Shown piece after piece: positions 38,625 to 53,060 of a stretch of DNA of 248,000 bases. The stretch is taken from positions 20,001 to 268,000 of the forward strand of contig NW_008806277.1 of NCBI RefSeq assembly GCF_000400465.1, read 5' to 3'. The first letter of the stretch is position 1; the number at the start of each line of letters is the position of its first letter. The position numbers were made by a program, and so were the translations under genes. Origin of the DNA: Wallemia ichthyophaga EXF-994 (Eukaryota > Fungi > Basidiomycota). The notes under the pieces were generated by a model. That model was not told the DNA's origin. It saw nothing but the letters and a program-made list of their open reading frames with translations, and made no database searches.

Positions 38625-39527
38625 ATGAGGCGGGCAATTGGTGCATTTGGTGCACTTGACAGGATGAGAACGCGCATCTGTAGAAGTCATAAATTTCACT
38701 CCACGGCTTCAACAGGTTCTTCAAACGGATCAGACGCATCAGATTCTTCAGACTCAACGTGGAAGACAATTTTCAGTACACTAGAGAACGATTCCACTTC
38801 ACTTGATAGGCAAGAAATACGCAATTTGAAGCCTAGTGATACACTCCCACCCCTTATCGGAAATCGCAGGCAGCTTTCAAACAAGAAGACTAACATAACT
38901 GCACAAGAATCTGAAATATTTGAAGATATTCTCAATCTTCTATTCCAGCATTCACCTAATCAACATCAATCGATCGATAAGCGCAAGTTGCCTAAGCGTC
39001 CACGACTCAAACAATCTGATACAGATCTTCTACTCGATAAGTCAAGGGAGGAGCTACTAAGCTGTAGTAACCCCGTTGAGCTATTTAATTGGTCAAAACT
39101 CAACGTTTTAGACGTCGATCCAACGAGTCCCACTCTCCCTTATCTCCTCACTGACCTCATGGTTGTCTTCAGGGATACTTACAATAACCCACATCTCTCC
39201 TTGTCCATATTTAAATACGTTAAGAACAGAGGCGTATACCATTATGTTCTCGGATGCACTACTCCCGCGTATAATGAACTTATAGCGACGAAATGGGCAT
39301 CATTTGCAGATATTAATGGTGTCAGGGATATTCTCGAAGAAATGCTTACGAATGGCGTGAAGCGTGATGCTCGTACAGAGCAATTAGTTGAAGATATACG
39401 CAATGACGTCATGAAGCAACATAACAACGATATCGACGAACAACTTGCAGCGACGCTTCTCAGGATGGAGTATACGTCGTCTAAACCTTTGAAACCTTCG
39501 GAGAAATCGTCTTCCCGGTACATGTAA
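38625..39527 (+). CDS. Mtf2-like mitochondrial protein
   Basis: YVLGCTTPAYNELI..W..F.D motif typical of the Mtf2 C-terminal domain. Confidence 0.65.
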   Translation: MRRAIGAFGALDRMRTRICRSHKFHSTASTGSSNGSDASDSSDSTWKTIFSTLENDSTSLDRQEIRNLKPSDTLPPLIGNRRQLSNKKTNITAQESEIFEDILNLLFQHSPNQHQSIDKRKLPKRPRLKQSDTDLLLDKSREELLSCSNPVELFNWSKLNVLDVDPTSPTLPYLLTDLMVVFRDTYNNPHLSLSIFKYVKNRGVYHYVLGCTTPAYNELIATKWASFADINGVRDILEEMLTNGVKRDARTEQLVEDIRNDVMKQHNNDIDEQLAATLLRMEYTSSKPLKPSEKSSSRYM

Positions 39528-39606
39528 CATTATTGTAAGATTCATCACAAGACATTTGAGTCAAATGCACCTGTGTGAAATATTAGTGCTTTATCACACA
39601 ACAACC

Positions 39607-39975
39607 ATGTTCAAAGGAGCAAGATTAGTTAACTCATGCGCACTCAGATGCAGCACTCGTAGATACGTAATGACCCAAGACGGGGCAACTGCGAAAGCTG
39701 TGCAGTGGAAAGAGCGTGAACAGGCACTAGAGAAGGCTTACATTGCCACAAGAGATACTGAAAACCTCCTCAAGTTGAAAAACAGTCTTGAGAAGAGCAT
39801 CGAACACATCGACAGTCACTTAAACGCACCGCCCGAGAAGGTACAGAAATCAACTCTTACAAACTCACTAGAGAGTGAGCAAGACCGCACAGCTCAGATT
39901 GATTCACTTGAGAAAGAGCTCGAACTCATTTCCAAGCGCTTGGCTTCGTTGGAAGCGGGCTCAAGACATATTTGA
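39607..39975 (+). CDS. Mitochondrial F1Fo ATPase inhibitor-like protein
   Basis: WKEREQALEKAYI..ENLLKLK coiled coil. Confidence 0.55.
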   Translation: MFKGARLVNSCALRCSTRRYVMTQDGATAKAVQWKEREQALEKAYIATRDTENLLKLKNSLEKSIEHIDSHLNAPPEKVQKSTLTNSLESEQDRTAQIDSLEKELELISKRLASLEAGSRHI

Positions 39976-40016
39976 GTTTTTGACTGCTATCACGAATAAA
40001 TAAACCGATACAAACA

Positions 40017-43000
40017 TCACGGCCTCATTTTGTTACTATCATACGCATTGAATATTTTCTCTACCATGGTCTTGCTTGATGAGTTACTGTCTAATCTTGA
40101 AAGAGTCAGTTGAAGCATCAGTTTGAGCGCGCTCCTTGGTAATTCCTTGCAAGCATCTATCTGATTAAACATAGCCATCACCGTACCTCGATCTGGATAA
40201 TTGTGTGCTGATAAATAGACACCGGCTTCCCATTCAGGTCTTTTCCCAATAAGGACATCCCTAAGCACATGCTCTTCCACGCCACCTTTGCAAAGTGTTC
40301 GGATAGCGTAAGTTATCATTGAGCTTTGCAGCAGTGGTGCGAGATAACCTAGCACACTCCTTAATGTGCCTCTATATGCGGCCTGCAGGTAATTGAGCTC
40401 GCGAGCACTCAGAACAAGCTCTGTCGAGTTAGACCGAGAGTATGTCTTTTTATGTGCAAGATTGCATAAGCGGTTCAAGGTCAAATGATACCAAACACTG
40501 ACAGGCTTGTCATTAGACAGCGCATCCAACAGCACAGCATCGATGAAATTGCAGCTGCCTCCAGACCTAGCGAAGCTTGCTAGAGACGACAAACTGCCAC
40601 TCAGCTCCAGACTATTACCGACTTCTTCGTAGTTTTCGGAACGTAGCAGCCCCTGGTCGGGTGTGAGATCCGTCCTCAGGTTGGCTACAAGGTCAAGTCC
40701 AGCCTTATTTCTGCTAGCGGTAGACTTCAGATTGCGAGGATCAGCTGCGTAGCTCAAATATCCTGCTTTCTTCTTAACGTAGAAAGTCTGTGATGTCTTG
40801 AGATTCTTCAGACTGTTCTCATCGTTGAAATCAATAACAAGCGGCCAATATCTGGGCGAATCAATCTTCAGGCTGAGCAGTCTAGAATATTTGGGCACGA
40901 GCGTTGGCGCTATCATCCTCATGCTTTTCGGCATCTTGTCCAATTCGTCGACAGCCTTGATCTTAATGGGAACATAGACAGCCTCATTAGTCTTGACATC
41001 GCGCGGAATAAAGCATCGTTTCTGTACAGCCTTCACCCACAAATGTCTGTATGCGAATGAATGGTTTGACTGATCGGCTGGCGTCATTGGCCATTTGGGG
41101 TACAGAGCGCACAAGAGGAATCCAACAGCTTCGTTTGAGTTAGTGAGCGTGTACTCTCCGCCTCCTAGAAATAGTAATCCAAGTGCCATATGCGTCGCCA
41201 TCTGTGAGCCGAAGTTTCTGCCACTTGATGCACCGAATTGACCGTGAGCTATGCGGAGACGCTTCAAGATTCCAAGTTCGCCAGTGCCAGCCATAACCGC
41301 CGCTAGTGCTACGGTTATTGTGTTCAGACCTGACCTGATTGCTGCTCGTTTCACTTTGCCCTCGTATGTGATAGCTGGAATGGGAGTCAAAGTGTCAGTC
41401 CATTAACCATCGCATTGTCACACAACCCACATTTAATCGATGCGGCTTGTGTGAAGAGATCCATATAGTAAAGTAGACACTCAAACGCATCGTCTTCGGC
41501 TGTACCCGCAAATTTGAGTCCTTGAGCAAGACATGCGCCGGCGACGATGTTGTAGTAGCCCAATTCGATACTATCATCCACAGACTCAAACCTATCCTTC
41601 TTTCTATCAAGAGCAGATCGTATGAACTGGGGTATTTGACTCTCAACCCACTCCTTCTTCCTGCCAATCGAATCCCACATGATGAGATTCTTGGCGAGAG
41701 TTCTAAATAGGAGGAAATCAGGTCTGATCCAATCTAATTCAGTGGAGTTGTGGGGTAGATCCATTAGAGACGCCACGTCGCTTCTCTCAGACTTTAGAAA
41801 CCACATTGCGAGTGCCAGTGTCGCGCCGGGACTGGTAAAGTTGGCGTCAAGGGCGTCAAACTCGATGCCCGACTTGTTGTGGCCGTGCTTATCGCCATGC
41901 ATATAGTGTCTCAGTTTTGTAATCATCTGCGTCTCTGATGGCGATGTCGCTTCTTTACCTTTCGCGAGCATGACTAATCCGAAGCCAAGAGCTGCCGATA
42001 ACGAGTAGCTTCCTCGCACGCTACCCTTTCCTTCGTTTGAAGGGACATCCACTCCACCGATCTCGCCAAGCAGAATCTCAGCCTGGCGTCTCTGCCGTGT
42101 ACCAAGGTGCGCAACACCCAAGCTGAACAGTCCTGCCGCCTGTGTGAGCCCCGAAAGATTGAATTCCAGTTGGTGAGTTGGTAGTATCGCGGGTACGTGT
42201 AGCGAGAAAGCCCCTATCAACCGTTCCGGCGGATCGCCTGCATAACTGATAGCAACACCAAGCATCGTCCCTATTGTCATAAATTCATTCTTGGGCTCGA
42301 GGAACTTCTGCACGTGCCCCAGCCACATACTGCGCAAATGGCCATTCATTCCTAGCCCCAGCATCAGACCAGAGTGACGCGCTGACATGACATTCTTGCT
42401 CGGTTTATTTAGCATGATCCAGCTCTCGTCCACTGTGAGCTGCTCATTCAGCTTCAAAGCTGAGGCGACACCATTTGAAAACTCCCCCCATTCTTTGAAT
42501 TCAGTCATGATTGCTGTGGATTCGATGTTGTACGTCGTGTTAGTCGGTATCATGCGCACACGATAGTCAAAATCCGGTATCTGTAGTGGACCTGCTGGAA
42601 CACTCTGACTTGTTCCGTAAGTCAGCATACCACGTCCATATGGCAGACTTAATGTGCGTTCTGGCATCTCGTTCGTAACATTTTCCTGCTCTTTCAAAAA
42701 GTCTGGTTCACTGTATTCTAGTTAGAGGGAGTTTTACCAAACAAGAAGCAAACCCACAGCAGTCCACTGGTGTTGAGAAAGCGCATGTTTGTCAACTCGC
42801 TGCCATCCAACATCTTTGCTACCTCTTTCAAGCGATGATCCTGTGAGAATCTCAACTTTGGTATTTCCATATTATCAAATTCGACACCGGAGCAATTCTT
42901 GTTTGAAGCATTACTTTCATCTTCCTTTTTAGTTTTAACTATATTCTTGATGGTCTCCATAGACGGTAAATCGCGCACATCATCACTCTTACCCTGCCGC

Positions 43001-45441
43001 TCTTTGGCATTAGCATTTGCGACAAGGTCCTCTCTCCCTATGAGCTGGTACGCTTCTGCTGACCATCGCAGTTTCGGTCTCATCTGGCATACACGCAGGA
43101 CCTCCTGCAAAATTACTGAGAGTTGTAGCGGTAGAGTTCTGATTTTTTCATTCGTGAAGCCATTACGTATCAACTCATCCACCGTGCCTTCGAGATTGTT
43201 GTCTCCTATCAACGTAAATACTTTTTGTAATGCTACTGTCGACTGTAGTTGCTGAGGCGGTATGACAGGATAAGAAGACGAGTTTCTATCCATCCTGCAC
43301 TGCAGATCTTTGTAGATACTCGGAGGCGGCTGGATATCAATTTCAACAGACGCATGGCTTCCACAGTCAAAAGGCAGAGGGGTATATTCCCCAGCCCATC
43401 GCTGCCACCAGCCTACATAGTCTTCGCGACGTGCAGCCTTACTCAGCCATCCTAGAATCGGAGCGAGATTAGCGAGATTCTCAAACCTCGTCGTGGTATC
43501 CAATAGCACATCTTCTGCAACAAGATGCAGAGCGAGCAAGACGTGATGAAGCGCTTGCGAATGCGGCTTCAAATCAGAAGCAGATTTGTGTTGCTCTTTC
43601 TTCATTGACTCAGGAGGAACTGCGAATATATTCGAGCTTCTCAGAGCGCGTTGATGGGCTTTAGTGTTGGTCAACCTATTCCAGCCATTGCTCATTGCTG
43701 CAGTGGGTGTTTCAAGGTGCTCGCATCGTATAAAATCAGCTAGTGTACTGATTAAAGCTTCAAGACCCTTATTTTGTGGTGTGAAGTGCTTAAACATTTT
43801 CCTTGCAAAGTCCGCTTTTTCTTCGTTGGTGCAGAGAGATGAAATGAGACTGGTGCACGATTTAACAACAGGTTCAATCGGCCACTGACCCAAGTTGAAA
43901 CGTCGAACTTTGGAAGTGGTAGTTTCGATTGTGAGACAGCTGCCATTGACATCCTTGAATGCTCTCGGTAGATCTCGTGAATCTTGAAACAAGCATGGAA
44001 ATAGTATAGACTTGGGTGATTTGTGTATGAGAATATGAAGTTGTTTGGCATTATCGAGAATAACCAGCTCATCGGTATGCTCCTGGGTACATCTAATGCT
44101 AGTCACCGCAGTAGCTACGGGGAATCCAGTATCCTTTTCTTCAATATGCAGCTGACTGGTTATGGGAAGGATGGGGTCTCGGCTCACTTTGATGACTATC
44201 AATTGCGATGACAGGCCAGAGAAATGGATGGCGAGAGAAATTTCGCTTTCAGACTGATCGAATGCGTGAGCGGAGGGAGTGCTGTAACGTCCAAATTAAA
44301 GATATTTCAAAAAGCATTAAAGCACGCACCTCGAATCTATATCAGCTGCTTTGCATTCCCAAAGCAAATCGATAAAAACGTCAGACTCGCTGGAAAGCGT
44401 CTGAGTCTCATCGGGTTTCGAGCCTGGTGGAGCTCTGTTGGAAGCAGATTCGCCAGCGAGAATCATTCTATCCATGGTGAGACTGATATCGCTATTATCG
44501 AACGTATTCTCGAGAGTAGTGTTGACCTTAGACTTGATACTGCTCCTACGACGATTCGGCTGCGGTCTCGGTGTTGAAGATCTCTTTAAGTTTGAAGACA
44601 CAATTGGAGCATTCGGGAGGGAGGAAGGTGCGGCATAATCAGGGGAGGGAGGATTGGTTTTGATGGGATGTTTGAGTCTGGTATAACGAAAAACACTGAG
44701 TGTCTTTGATTGTGAGTCAAACGAGATGAGAAATGGCCAATTGTGTTTTGTGGATTGGTTGTGTGGTTGCATGGGAGTGATGAGGACGATGCGAGATTTT
44801 GGACGCGGGGTGAAATCGAAAGGCCTGATAGGATTTCTGTAAGCGTCATAGCCTTTGCAGCCACCAATTGGTCTCCAAGGGTGCCAAATACCAGATAAAA
44901 CAGCCCAAGAGGACACCTTTTCACCGGCTCTGCGAGCGTCACTGCGTTCTACGAGCCAACCAAGGCCAAGGTCCCAGCTTCTGTAGAGGTTGAAAGGGAG
45001 TGGAAGAGAGTAATCAAGACCAGGATCGAGGAAGAACAAGCGTGCGAGATTAGCAGTGGAACTGATTGCCAAATCGAGGTCATTCTCGTTTGTGTTTGAG
45101 GTGAGGGTGGAGTGTAAAAACACTATGAGGCACTCTCTAGGCTTATCGTCTGCGCTGTTGAGATGGAGTTGTCCAAAAGACGCGTGTGAGATGTTGAGAT
45201 GATCGCTGTCGAATTTGAGAATGCGCTGGATATGCGAGTGGCTGCTAACAACGAGATGAGAATTCTGCCACGTGAGCTCGCGTTGGCCATGTAGAGATCT
45301 ATGCAATGGCAGTGGCAGCGGGGGCTGGTAGAGCTTAAATAGGCCAGGCTCAATGGAAGGAGGTGGTGGAGGATACGACGGGGATTTATTTATCTTATTA
45401 AGGTAGATGGTCGCAGGTGAATTGAGATTTATAATTTCCAT
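40017..45441 (-). CDS. APC1: Anaphase-promoting complex subunit 1 (introns)
   Basis: PC repeats, ERTLSLPYGRGM, MATHMALGLLFLGGG. Confidence 0.85.
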
Positions 45442-45599
45442 CTCATCGGCGTTTGATTTTGAGATTTGAGATAAGAAACTCAGGTTAGATTAGAACGATC
45501 AAATTCGATTTAGAATAAAAATGAAATTAGGGGATTCACTCGTCAGCTAGCCTCCGCTGGAATCATCTAACTTACTGAGCCACTGGCCATTGACCATCT

Positions 45600-46710
45600 C
45601 AGCAATTCTAACGCCTCAAACTTGCACGTAGATTCAGTCTAAAGAACGGCTCGGACAGCCACATAGTCTGTTGGAGAATCCTTGATAGATCTCACGCTCT
45701 TCTTGCTTATCTCTTCGATAATGTCGACATCTCAAACGCCTTATGCGCAAATTTTCTCTTCTTCGTGGCCCTCCAAACAGTCTCAGATGACTCAGGCGTT
45801 CCAAGAGAATGACATTTACATATTTGCACAACTTGCACTCAAATTTATACTCAAATGGCTGGAATTTTTTTTTATAGCGCGATGTACATTTGAATGGTAG
45901 AATTGTTCTCTGATTTTATAAGATTATCGACGAATTTCTCATATCAACGATAGATTTCGTCCAATCATCTCAAATGCTGTTAGACGTTCAGGTCAAAATT
46001 TTGCAAGACATCTCGATTGGGACACTTCTGAGCTGAGTTGTTGGACTGGTTTCTGTCAAGAAGTTGCTGGTATTCATGGTGAGACTTTGTCTAATATATT
46101 AGTACTGGGTGAGTTGGAACCTTCCCGTTTGAGCGAGCTATCTGGATTATTTCAATCACTGGCTATACTCCTATTCAAAGTACACTCAATCACTCAATTC
46201 TACCAAAACCGTCTCCAAAACGTTGTCAAATGGCCACTGAAACTTTCGAGGCAACACAGAATGAAGAATTGGAGAGACCTTGCTGTTTTGTCCAACACAG
46301 ATTCGCCGTTGCGGGTTGTGTCTGAAATCATACTCGATAATCTTCGACATGTTGCCGATGTCGTTATATATCTTGCTGTACAGACCAACAGGAGCGTAAT
46401 CCATCTAATTGGATATAGTGTTTTTACGGCGCTGATACACGTCGAACTGAGTTTCATGAACATTAACGTCTTTACTAATGATGAAGTGGTTTTTCCAGTT
46501 CAACACAAATGGTGGTGGGTGAGTGGGTTTTTTGTTTCCAGTCTAAGTTTCTTCAAGGTTCTCAAAACAACTACAAATACAGCAGATATTAGCAGAATGA
46601 TTACTGAGATCATGTTGAAAATATCCAACAAAAGCACTCCTTCTAGAGTAACACATAGCTCGATAAAACCCATCATCTCTGCAATCGAAGCGAGAAGTTC
46701 AGCTCAATAA
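45600..46710 (+). CDS. Hypothetical protein (structure uncertain)
   Basis: 207-aa open frame plus upstream exons. Confidence 0.3.
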
Positions 46711-46785
46711 GAACACAAAGTGCAGATACCACATTCAATGTATCCAATGTATCTAAAAGATACCATAAAATTTCAAAATATCTAT

Positions 46786-48390
46786 TCAGTTTCCTTGTCT
46801 TGGTTTTACACCAGGAACTGGAACCAGACGACTTTTATCCTTCCTAGCCGTCTTCTTGCGTTTAAGCTGTCTAGAAATCAAAGAGCTGCAGTAGAAAGAC
46901 ACTGGAGCTATGAGATTGTATGAGATAGCAGCTTGTAGTGGGACTTTGAGAGATAATTCGGCTGTCTCACTTTGAGGATTGCAAATTAGACCACCGAGTA
47001 GAATAAGGAGCATAGCCATACTTGCAAACACCATATGCATCAAAAAGATGGCAAAATTAGGCGCGTCAAACTTATCCAACAGAAACATCAAGCCGAATAC
47101 TGGGATGATGAAGAAAATGCCATATTGGATTAACTGTGAGAAAAATGAGCATTTGAGGCTAAATATGATGTAAACTTACATATCCAGCTACTACAAATTT
47201 CTGACCTATCCGCAGATCTCTGAAAGACAAGGCTAATAAAGAAAACAGATGCTCAAAATCAACACCCATAGCAACGGTGTACTGGGTAAGTGTGAAGATT
47301 TGCAGTGCCACAAAGACATCATTCCATCCTATCTTTTCCGGGTTTCCAGTAGGTCGGAGCAATAAAGCCACAGATGCAAACATCATTGAGCAGTAGATGG
47401 CTTGCGTTACATTGCCTTCCAATGTCATACAGCACATGATGGGATGTACAAACTCTACTGATTTGAAGAATTCGCGTCCGTGTTGTTCATTATACCATCT
47501 TCTACTGACTGAGATGACTGTTAATGATACGGTAATACTGTGAGAGTGAGAATAATAACAATCAAGTAGCGCTTACTCACGCAAATATCGTACTTTTGCT
47601 CCACGTATTTGGGATTAGTGGTAGAAGAGTACACATGGCGTAGCTCTGCAGCCACTCATCAGGTTCATAAGAAGACGACTTGATCACGTTGTATCCCAGC
47701 AAGAAAATGACAAGTGACCAAAGCCTTTGATCGTAGTAAGTGAGCTGCAGTGGTGTGAGTGAGTGAGTGAAGTTAGTGTACTAGACACGCACTACGATTG
47801 TGAGCAGAGAGAGAATAGAGATTATGACATTAGTGAGCTGCTGTCTGATAGAGCCTGTGTGATTTGTGCGATTGAATAGTGCAATACAACTATCCAAGTA
47901 AGTAGTCGCAGCTGAGTAGATGAAGGTGTTTATCACTAAGCCAACCTGACTTTCAAATGGGGCGTCTTGGATACTTAGAGCCAGGCAGCCAAATCCAGCG
48001 CAGAGTAAGATCGGGGCTCTAATGAGTGGTTTATAGAAATCAGCGTGCGCGTGCGCATGTGTGCTGTTGTCAAAGTTGGTATAATGCTTGAGTATGTGAA
48101 GTGAGAGCAGGAAAGAGAATCCAAAGAGAGCGGTAATGATAAGAATATCATTGAATAGTTTATTATATCTGAAATGGCGTCATTTGATGCCGAAGAGAGT
48201 GGTTGCGTCTACCAACATTTTCAAATCTTTTATAGCTCGAATCGTATCATCAATCGAAGGGATTTGGTTAAATACATATTTTGTATCGTCCATTTGCTCA
48301 ATAATTCTACCTAAATTATATTCTTCCGGATTTCGGTTGTAAACTTGCGAGCAATCATCCAACAGCCAAACTCGGCAAATAAACGGCAAT
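46786..48390 (-). CDS. Hypothetical polytopic membrane protein (introns)
   Basis: Several hydrophobic exons separated by GT-AG introns. Confidence 0.4.
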
Positions 48391-48431
48391 GGTTTATGTG
48401 CCTTATATTAGCTCAAAGCTGCCTAATTACG

Positions 48432-50163
48432 ATGGCCCATATCCTGTCGGTGCGTTTGATTTGGAGTTGCCAGTCGATGAGGTACGACTTTTCGCCACCG
48501 ATAGAGCCCCACACAACTCACACTGACGCAGCCAGACGAAAAGCAATCTGCCAGCTTCAAGATTGATACAGATCCGGAGCCACTCAAGCTAGAAACTGTC
48601 CTCTTCACACTGTACTACCCAACAGACAAGAAAGCTTTTAACGGCAAGGGGAAGCTTATCAAGTGGTTTCCTAGGCCATTCGCTTCCACCGCTTATGGAT
48701 ATGCTAAGCTTGCTGAGATTTCTCGCACTTTTGCAGGTGAAGCACGCTGACTGCCAATTCCTAATGCGTAACTGACTTTTATACTTTAGTTTCATTCGCA
48801 CATGCTCTAGCTCGCAGCACAAAGATCCCTGCATACGATTCTGCTCCTCTCGCTTCCTGCCCCACGGGAAAATGGCCGCTTATCATCTTCTCGCACGGCC
48901 TCGGCGGGCAGAGGAGAATGTACAGCCACCTCTGCGGGAGCCTGGCTAGTCATGGATATATAGTGTGTGCAGTTGAGCACCGCGATGGAAGTGCACCAAC
49001 TTCGTGGGTCTATCCACCGCTCAACAATCGCAGCGAGCAGGGCTCGCCGAGATCAGTCACCTGGTACGACTGGAAACAGGTGAAGTTTGAAGATCCTTCA
49101 AAAGAAGAGTCCCACGTCCCTCTGCGTGACGAGCAGCTCGATTTCCGGTTGAGAGAGCTTGAGATGACCTGGAAACATCTCAAACGTATTGCTGCGGGCC
49201 AGGGCGCTGCATCTGAGCTCATGAACCATCGTAAGAAAGTAAGTGGTGCTGCAGGCCAAGTGAATTGGGATTCATTCGCAAGATGTATGGATGCAGACAG
49301 GGATGTTACTTTCATGGGCCACAGCTTCGGTGGAGCGACTATCTGCAGGGTTGCGACCAAGTCAGATGGATTTCTGCGATGCATAACACTCGATCCTGTG
49401 CGTATTTCTTTGCCATTCAATCACACCGCGGCTAACAAGACACTCCCAGTGGAGCTGGTGGGAGATTTTCCCAGAAGACGCCATCTCGTACCCCGTTTTC
49501 TCACCGCCGCATTTCGACATCAAGGTGCCTTTGCTGACGATCAATTCTGAGCAGTTCACAGTATGGCACGACAACTTCCGCTCCGTCTACGACCTTCACC
49601 GACGCCAGAAAGATAAAGGACTGCCGTCGTGGTTATTCACCATCTGCGGCACGCTTCACGCTTCATTCAGCGACATCAACCTAATTGCGCCTCGGCTGTC
49701 CAAGTACAAAGGGATGCGTATCAACCCAAAGCAAGCACTTGGCCTGACGGTGGATGTCGTGAGGGAGTTCACGAACCAAAACCCCAGCCATGACCGTACA
49801 CCTTCGATCCACACCCACGCTAGCACCGACACATCTGAGTTCTCCGTGTGTGAGAGCGAGGATGAGGAGCATGCGCGTGTTCTCGATGAAAGACGTCGCG
49901 AGAGGCCCTACGAACTCGCTGACGAGGACAAGGAGAGCATTATGAAGAGGTGGCCGCCACGTCTCCCGCCAACGTCGAAAGAGCTGATCAAGTTGAAGAT
50001 CGGAGAGCCCGGCCATTTCGTCCTGCATATCAAACCGAGAGAGGAATATGCAGGGGCAGATGTGGAAGACTCTATACCGTCGCCTACCCTCCCCAGTCAC
50101 ACACCGCCAGATACTACGAGTCAGCCTAACCAGCAGCTGCCATACAATGTGTCGGCATCGTGA
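48432..50163 (+). CDS. PAF-acetylhydrolase-like alpha/beta hydrolase
   Basis: FSHGLGG, LASHGYIVCAVEHRDGS, GHSFGGAT. Confidence 0.85.
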
Positions 50164-50299
50164 GCGCGGCTACCCAATCCACACACCACACACCCACACA
50201 CTAACAAAGCAAGGACATGTACTTCTAATCCCTAATTAGTTACTTTAATTGAACATTTTGTTACAATTATAATAAATTTATTTGATAGACACGCGCAGA

Positions 50300-51877
50300 C
50301 TACTCTCCCAGCGCAGCCATAGCACCGTCATATCCCTGTCTCCAGCCAGTTTCGAATTCCCACATGTTCCCACTTAGGCCTCTAAAAGCTGAGTGTTCGT
50401 CCATCCGCGCCTCGATCCATTTCCCGACGAAGCCGATTTCTGAGCGCCCGACTACGTGGTGAGAGGGAGGGCGATGATAAGCAAACATTACCTATAGGTA
50501 GTGTGTTAGCAGGCAAACAACGTAACAGCTGCCATTACACACCGCATCATCCCAACCGATCCTGAAGCCATCTTCGAATCTCCAGTGTTCGGCAACAGGC
50601 AGACCTTGAGAGGCCCAGTATTGAGCGTGAGTGTGTACAGCATGTTGGCCGAGTTCGTCTCTCTCCTCCAGCGACGCTCTGCCCTCCTCTGGCAGACCTC
50701 TCCTGCCGCCTGCCCACTGGGGGAAAGCGTGAGTGTTGACGGCCTCCTTGAAATCCCAACCGGTATCCCCGCCATGCTCCTTGCGCAGTGTCCAGAAGAA
50801 CCAGCCAGCGGTGGTGCGTTCGTAGAGTGCGAGTTGGGCGCCGATCCACATGGCGATCATATCGTGATGATCGTGTCCCGCCGTCGACCCCGGATTCAGC
50901 CCGCCACTCCACTCACCGACAATGAGACTCCCGCGGGCTTTGCGCTGCGCCTCGCCCAGGAACTCGAGATACTCCGCTTGACACCGCCCAGTATGGTCGA
51001 ACGCACTCGCGCTTGTTTGCTCCTCGGTGAAACAGCGATAGAGGTGGTGGTCGAGCATGACGAAATCTTTGCGACTGCCTACTACACCGGAATAATACTC
51101 CGTGTCCCATGCATCTCCTAGCGCTAGGGGGAAATGCGGGTGGGTCAGTGTGCGCGCTTCGCTCAGTATGTCGAGATAAAGTGATAGTAACGCATCGTTG
51201 TTCGCTGGCTCATTCACTAGCTCCACTCCTACCACATTGTCGCGAGGGGAAAAGTGTGCGATGAGGAAACGCAGCGCATGCTTGAGTACTGCGATGTTAC
51301 GCTCCTCCCACATCTTAATCTCAGGTCCAGATCTCCCAGAGTGATCATCGTGGTTTTGCTTTCCAGGTGCAGAATGTAGATCGAAGTGTACACCAATGTT
51401 CCACTTCTCCGCCCAATCTACGGCTCTTTCGATGTAGGATATAGTGTTCTCGTACACATGTCCCAGGCCTTGGAAATCTGTGCCGTCGAGATACCCTTGT
51501 CCGAGATATTTGCTGAAATGGTAGTATCCTACTGGGATACGCACCGTGTTTATACCAATACTAGACAACCACTCGAAATCTGCTTCAGTTATCCACGTCT
51601 CGTAGTGCTGCTCCATTATTTCTTTTGCATTTCCGCCGCGAGCTACATCGTGGTCTGATTGGGCTGGCTCTACCGCCTCCCTGTAGGGAGACCAGGTGAT
51701 CCACTTTTCGAGGACAAACCAGCTGCCTAGATTGACACCGCGCTGCTTACGAAATCTGTACACATCAGCGGGCGATAGGATTCTTGGTGGTATTGTGTGG
51801 TTCGAAGTGGGGTAAGCGTGAGCGTTGGATGTTGGCTCTGTCGAAAAGGATTTCTTGAGCGATTTGAAAATTCCCAT
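50300..51877 (-). CDS. GH5 exo-1,3-beta-glucanase-like
   Basis: RGVNLGSWFVLEKW, NTVRIPVGY, ELVNEP, IVGEWS. Confidence 0.88.
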
Positions 51878-52049
51878 AATAGTGAGACAACTTAGTATTA
51901 TAACAAAACAAGTGTTGCGTCGTAGATATTTCATATATGCGCAAGACACACACACGTGAGCAGATTATTTAATTCAAAATGAATAAGATTCACAAAAGAA
52001 AAAAGTTCATTTAATAGTCGATTAGATTATTTGGTTATATGCTTTGTAC

Positions 52050-53060
52050 TTATGCATTGCGGTGGAAATCAATAACCTGGTTGACTTCATGCTTCGAGCC
52101 CAAGAAGACAGGCACTCTCTCGTGGATAGAAGTAGGCTTGATGTCCAAGATGCGTTGTGTGCCAGTAGTGGCAATACCACCGGCTTGTTCGATGAGCATG
52201 GCCATTGGGAAACCCTCGTAGAGAATACGCAGCTTACCATCCTTGGTCTTCTTGTCGCCTGGGTAACCAAAGATACCACCGTAAAGAAGTGTTCTATGGA
52301 CATCAGCAACCATAGAACCAATGTATCTGGCGCTGTAAGGTTTGCTACCGTCTGCAGGGTTCTTGATAGAGTCAAGGTATTTGTTTACAGGTTCATGGAA
52401 GAACTTGCTGTTACCTTCATTGAAAGAGTAAATAGAGCCCTTTTCAGGAAGGGTGATGTTTTCGTGGGTGAGGATGAATTCACCGAGGGCAGGGTCAAGG
52501 GTGTAGCCATTAACGCCAGAGCCGGTGGTGATGACGAGGTTGGTGGAGGCACCATACATGGTATAACCGGCGGCAACCATATCAGAGCCCCTCTGCAGGG
52601 CGTCTTCTATGTCGCCCTTTGAGCCATCCCTGACCTTGTAGATACCGAAGATGGTACCAACGTTAACACCGGCGTCAATGTTGGAAGAACCATCGAGAGG
52701 ATCGAAAGTGACGCAGTACTTGCCCCTCTTTCCATCCTCAATGAAGACAGGATCGTCGAGTTCCTCAGAGACGAGGACAGCAGTCTTACCAGAAGCCCTG
52801 AGAGAGTTGATCATGATTTCGTTGGACAGGACATCGAGTTTCTTCTGGTCCTCGCCCTGGACGTTGGTCTCACCAGCCAAACCAACGAGGTTGATAAGCC
52901 TGGCTTTACGGACGTTGTTCGCGATGAACTTTGACGTCAGCGTGACTGAGGTGAGGAGAAGAGAAAGATCGCCAGACGCTTCAGGCGAGTTGTGCTGGTC
53001 TTCCAAGATATGGCGGGAGACAGTCTGTAAGTTTGTGTTTGAATTTGGACCTTCTGACAT
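52050..53060 (-). CDS. FBP1: Fructose-1,6-bisphosphatase
   Basis: FDPLDGSSNID, ARYIGSMVADVHRTLLYGG. Confidence 0.95.
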   Translation of the reverse strand: MSEGPNSNTNLQTVSRHILEDQHNSPEASGDLSLLLTSVTLTSKFIANNVRKARLINLVGLAGETNVQGEDQKKLDVLSNEIMINSLRASGKTAVLVSEELDDPVFIEDGKRGKYCVTFDPLDGSSNIDAGVNVGTIFGIYKVRDGSKGDIEDALQRGSDMVAAGYTMYGASTNLVITTGSGVNGYTLDPALGEFILTHENITLPEKGSIYSFNEGNSKFFHEPVNKYLDSIKNPADGSKPYSARYIGSMVADVHRTLLYGGIFGYPGDKKTKDGKLRILYEGFPMAMLIEQAGGIATTGTQRILDIKPTSIHERVPVFLGSKHEVNQVIDFHRNA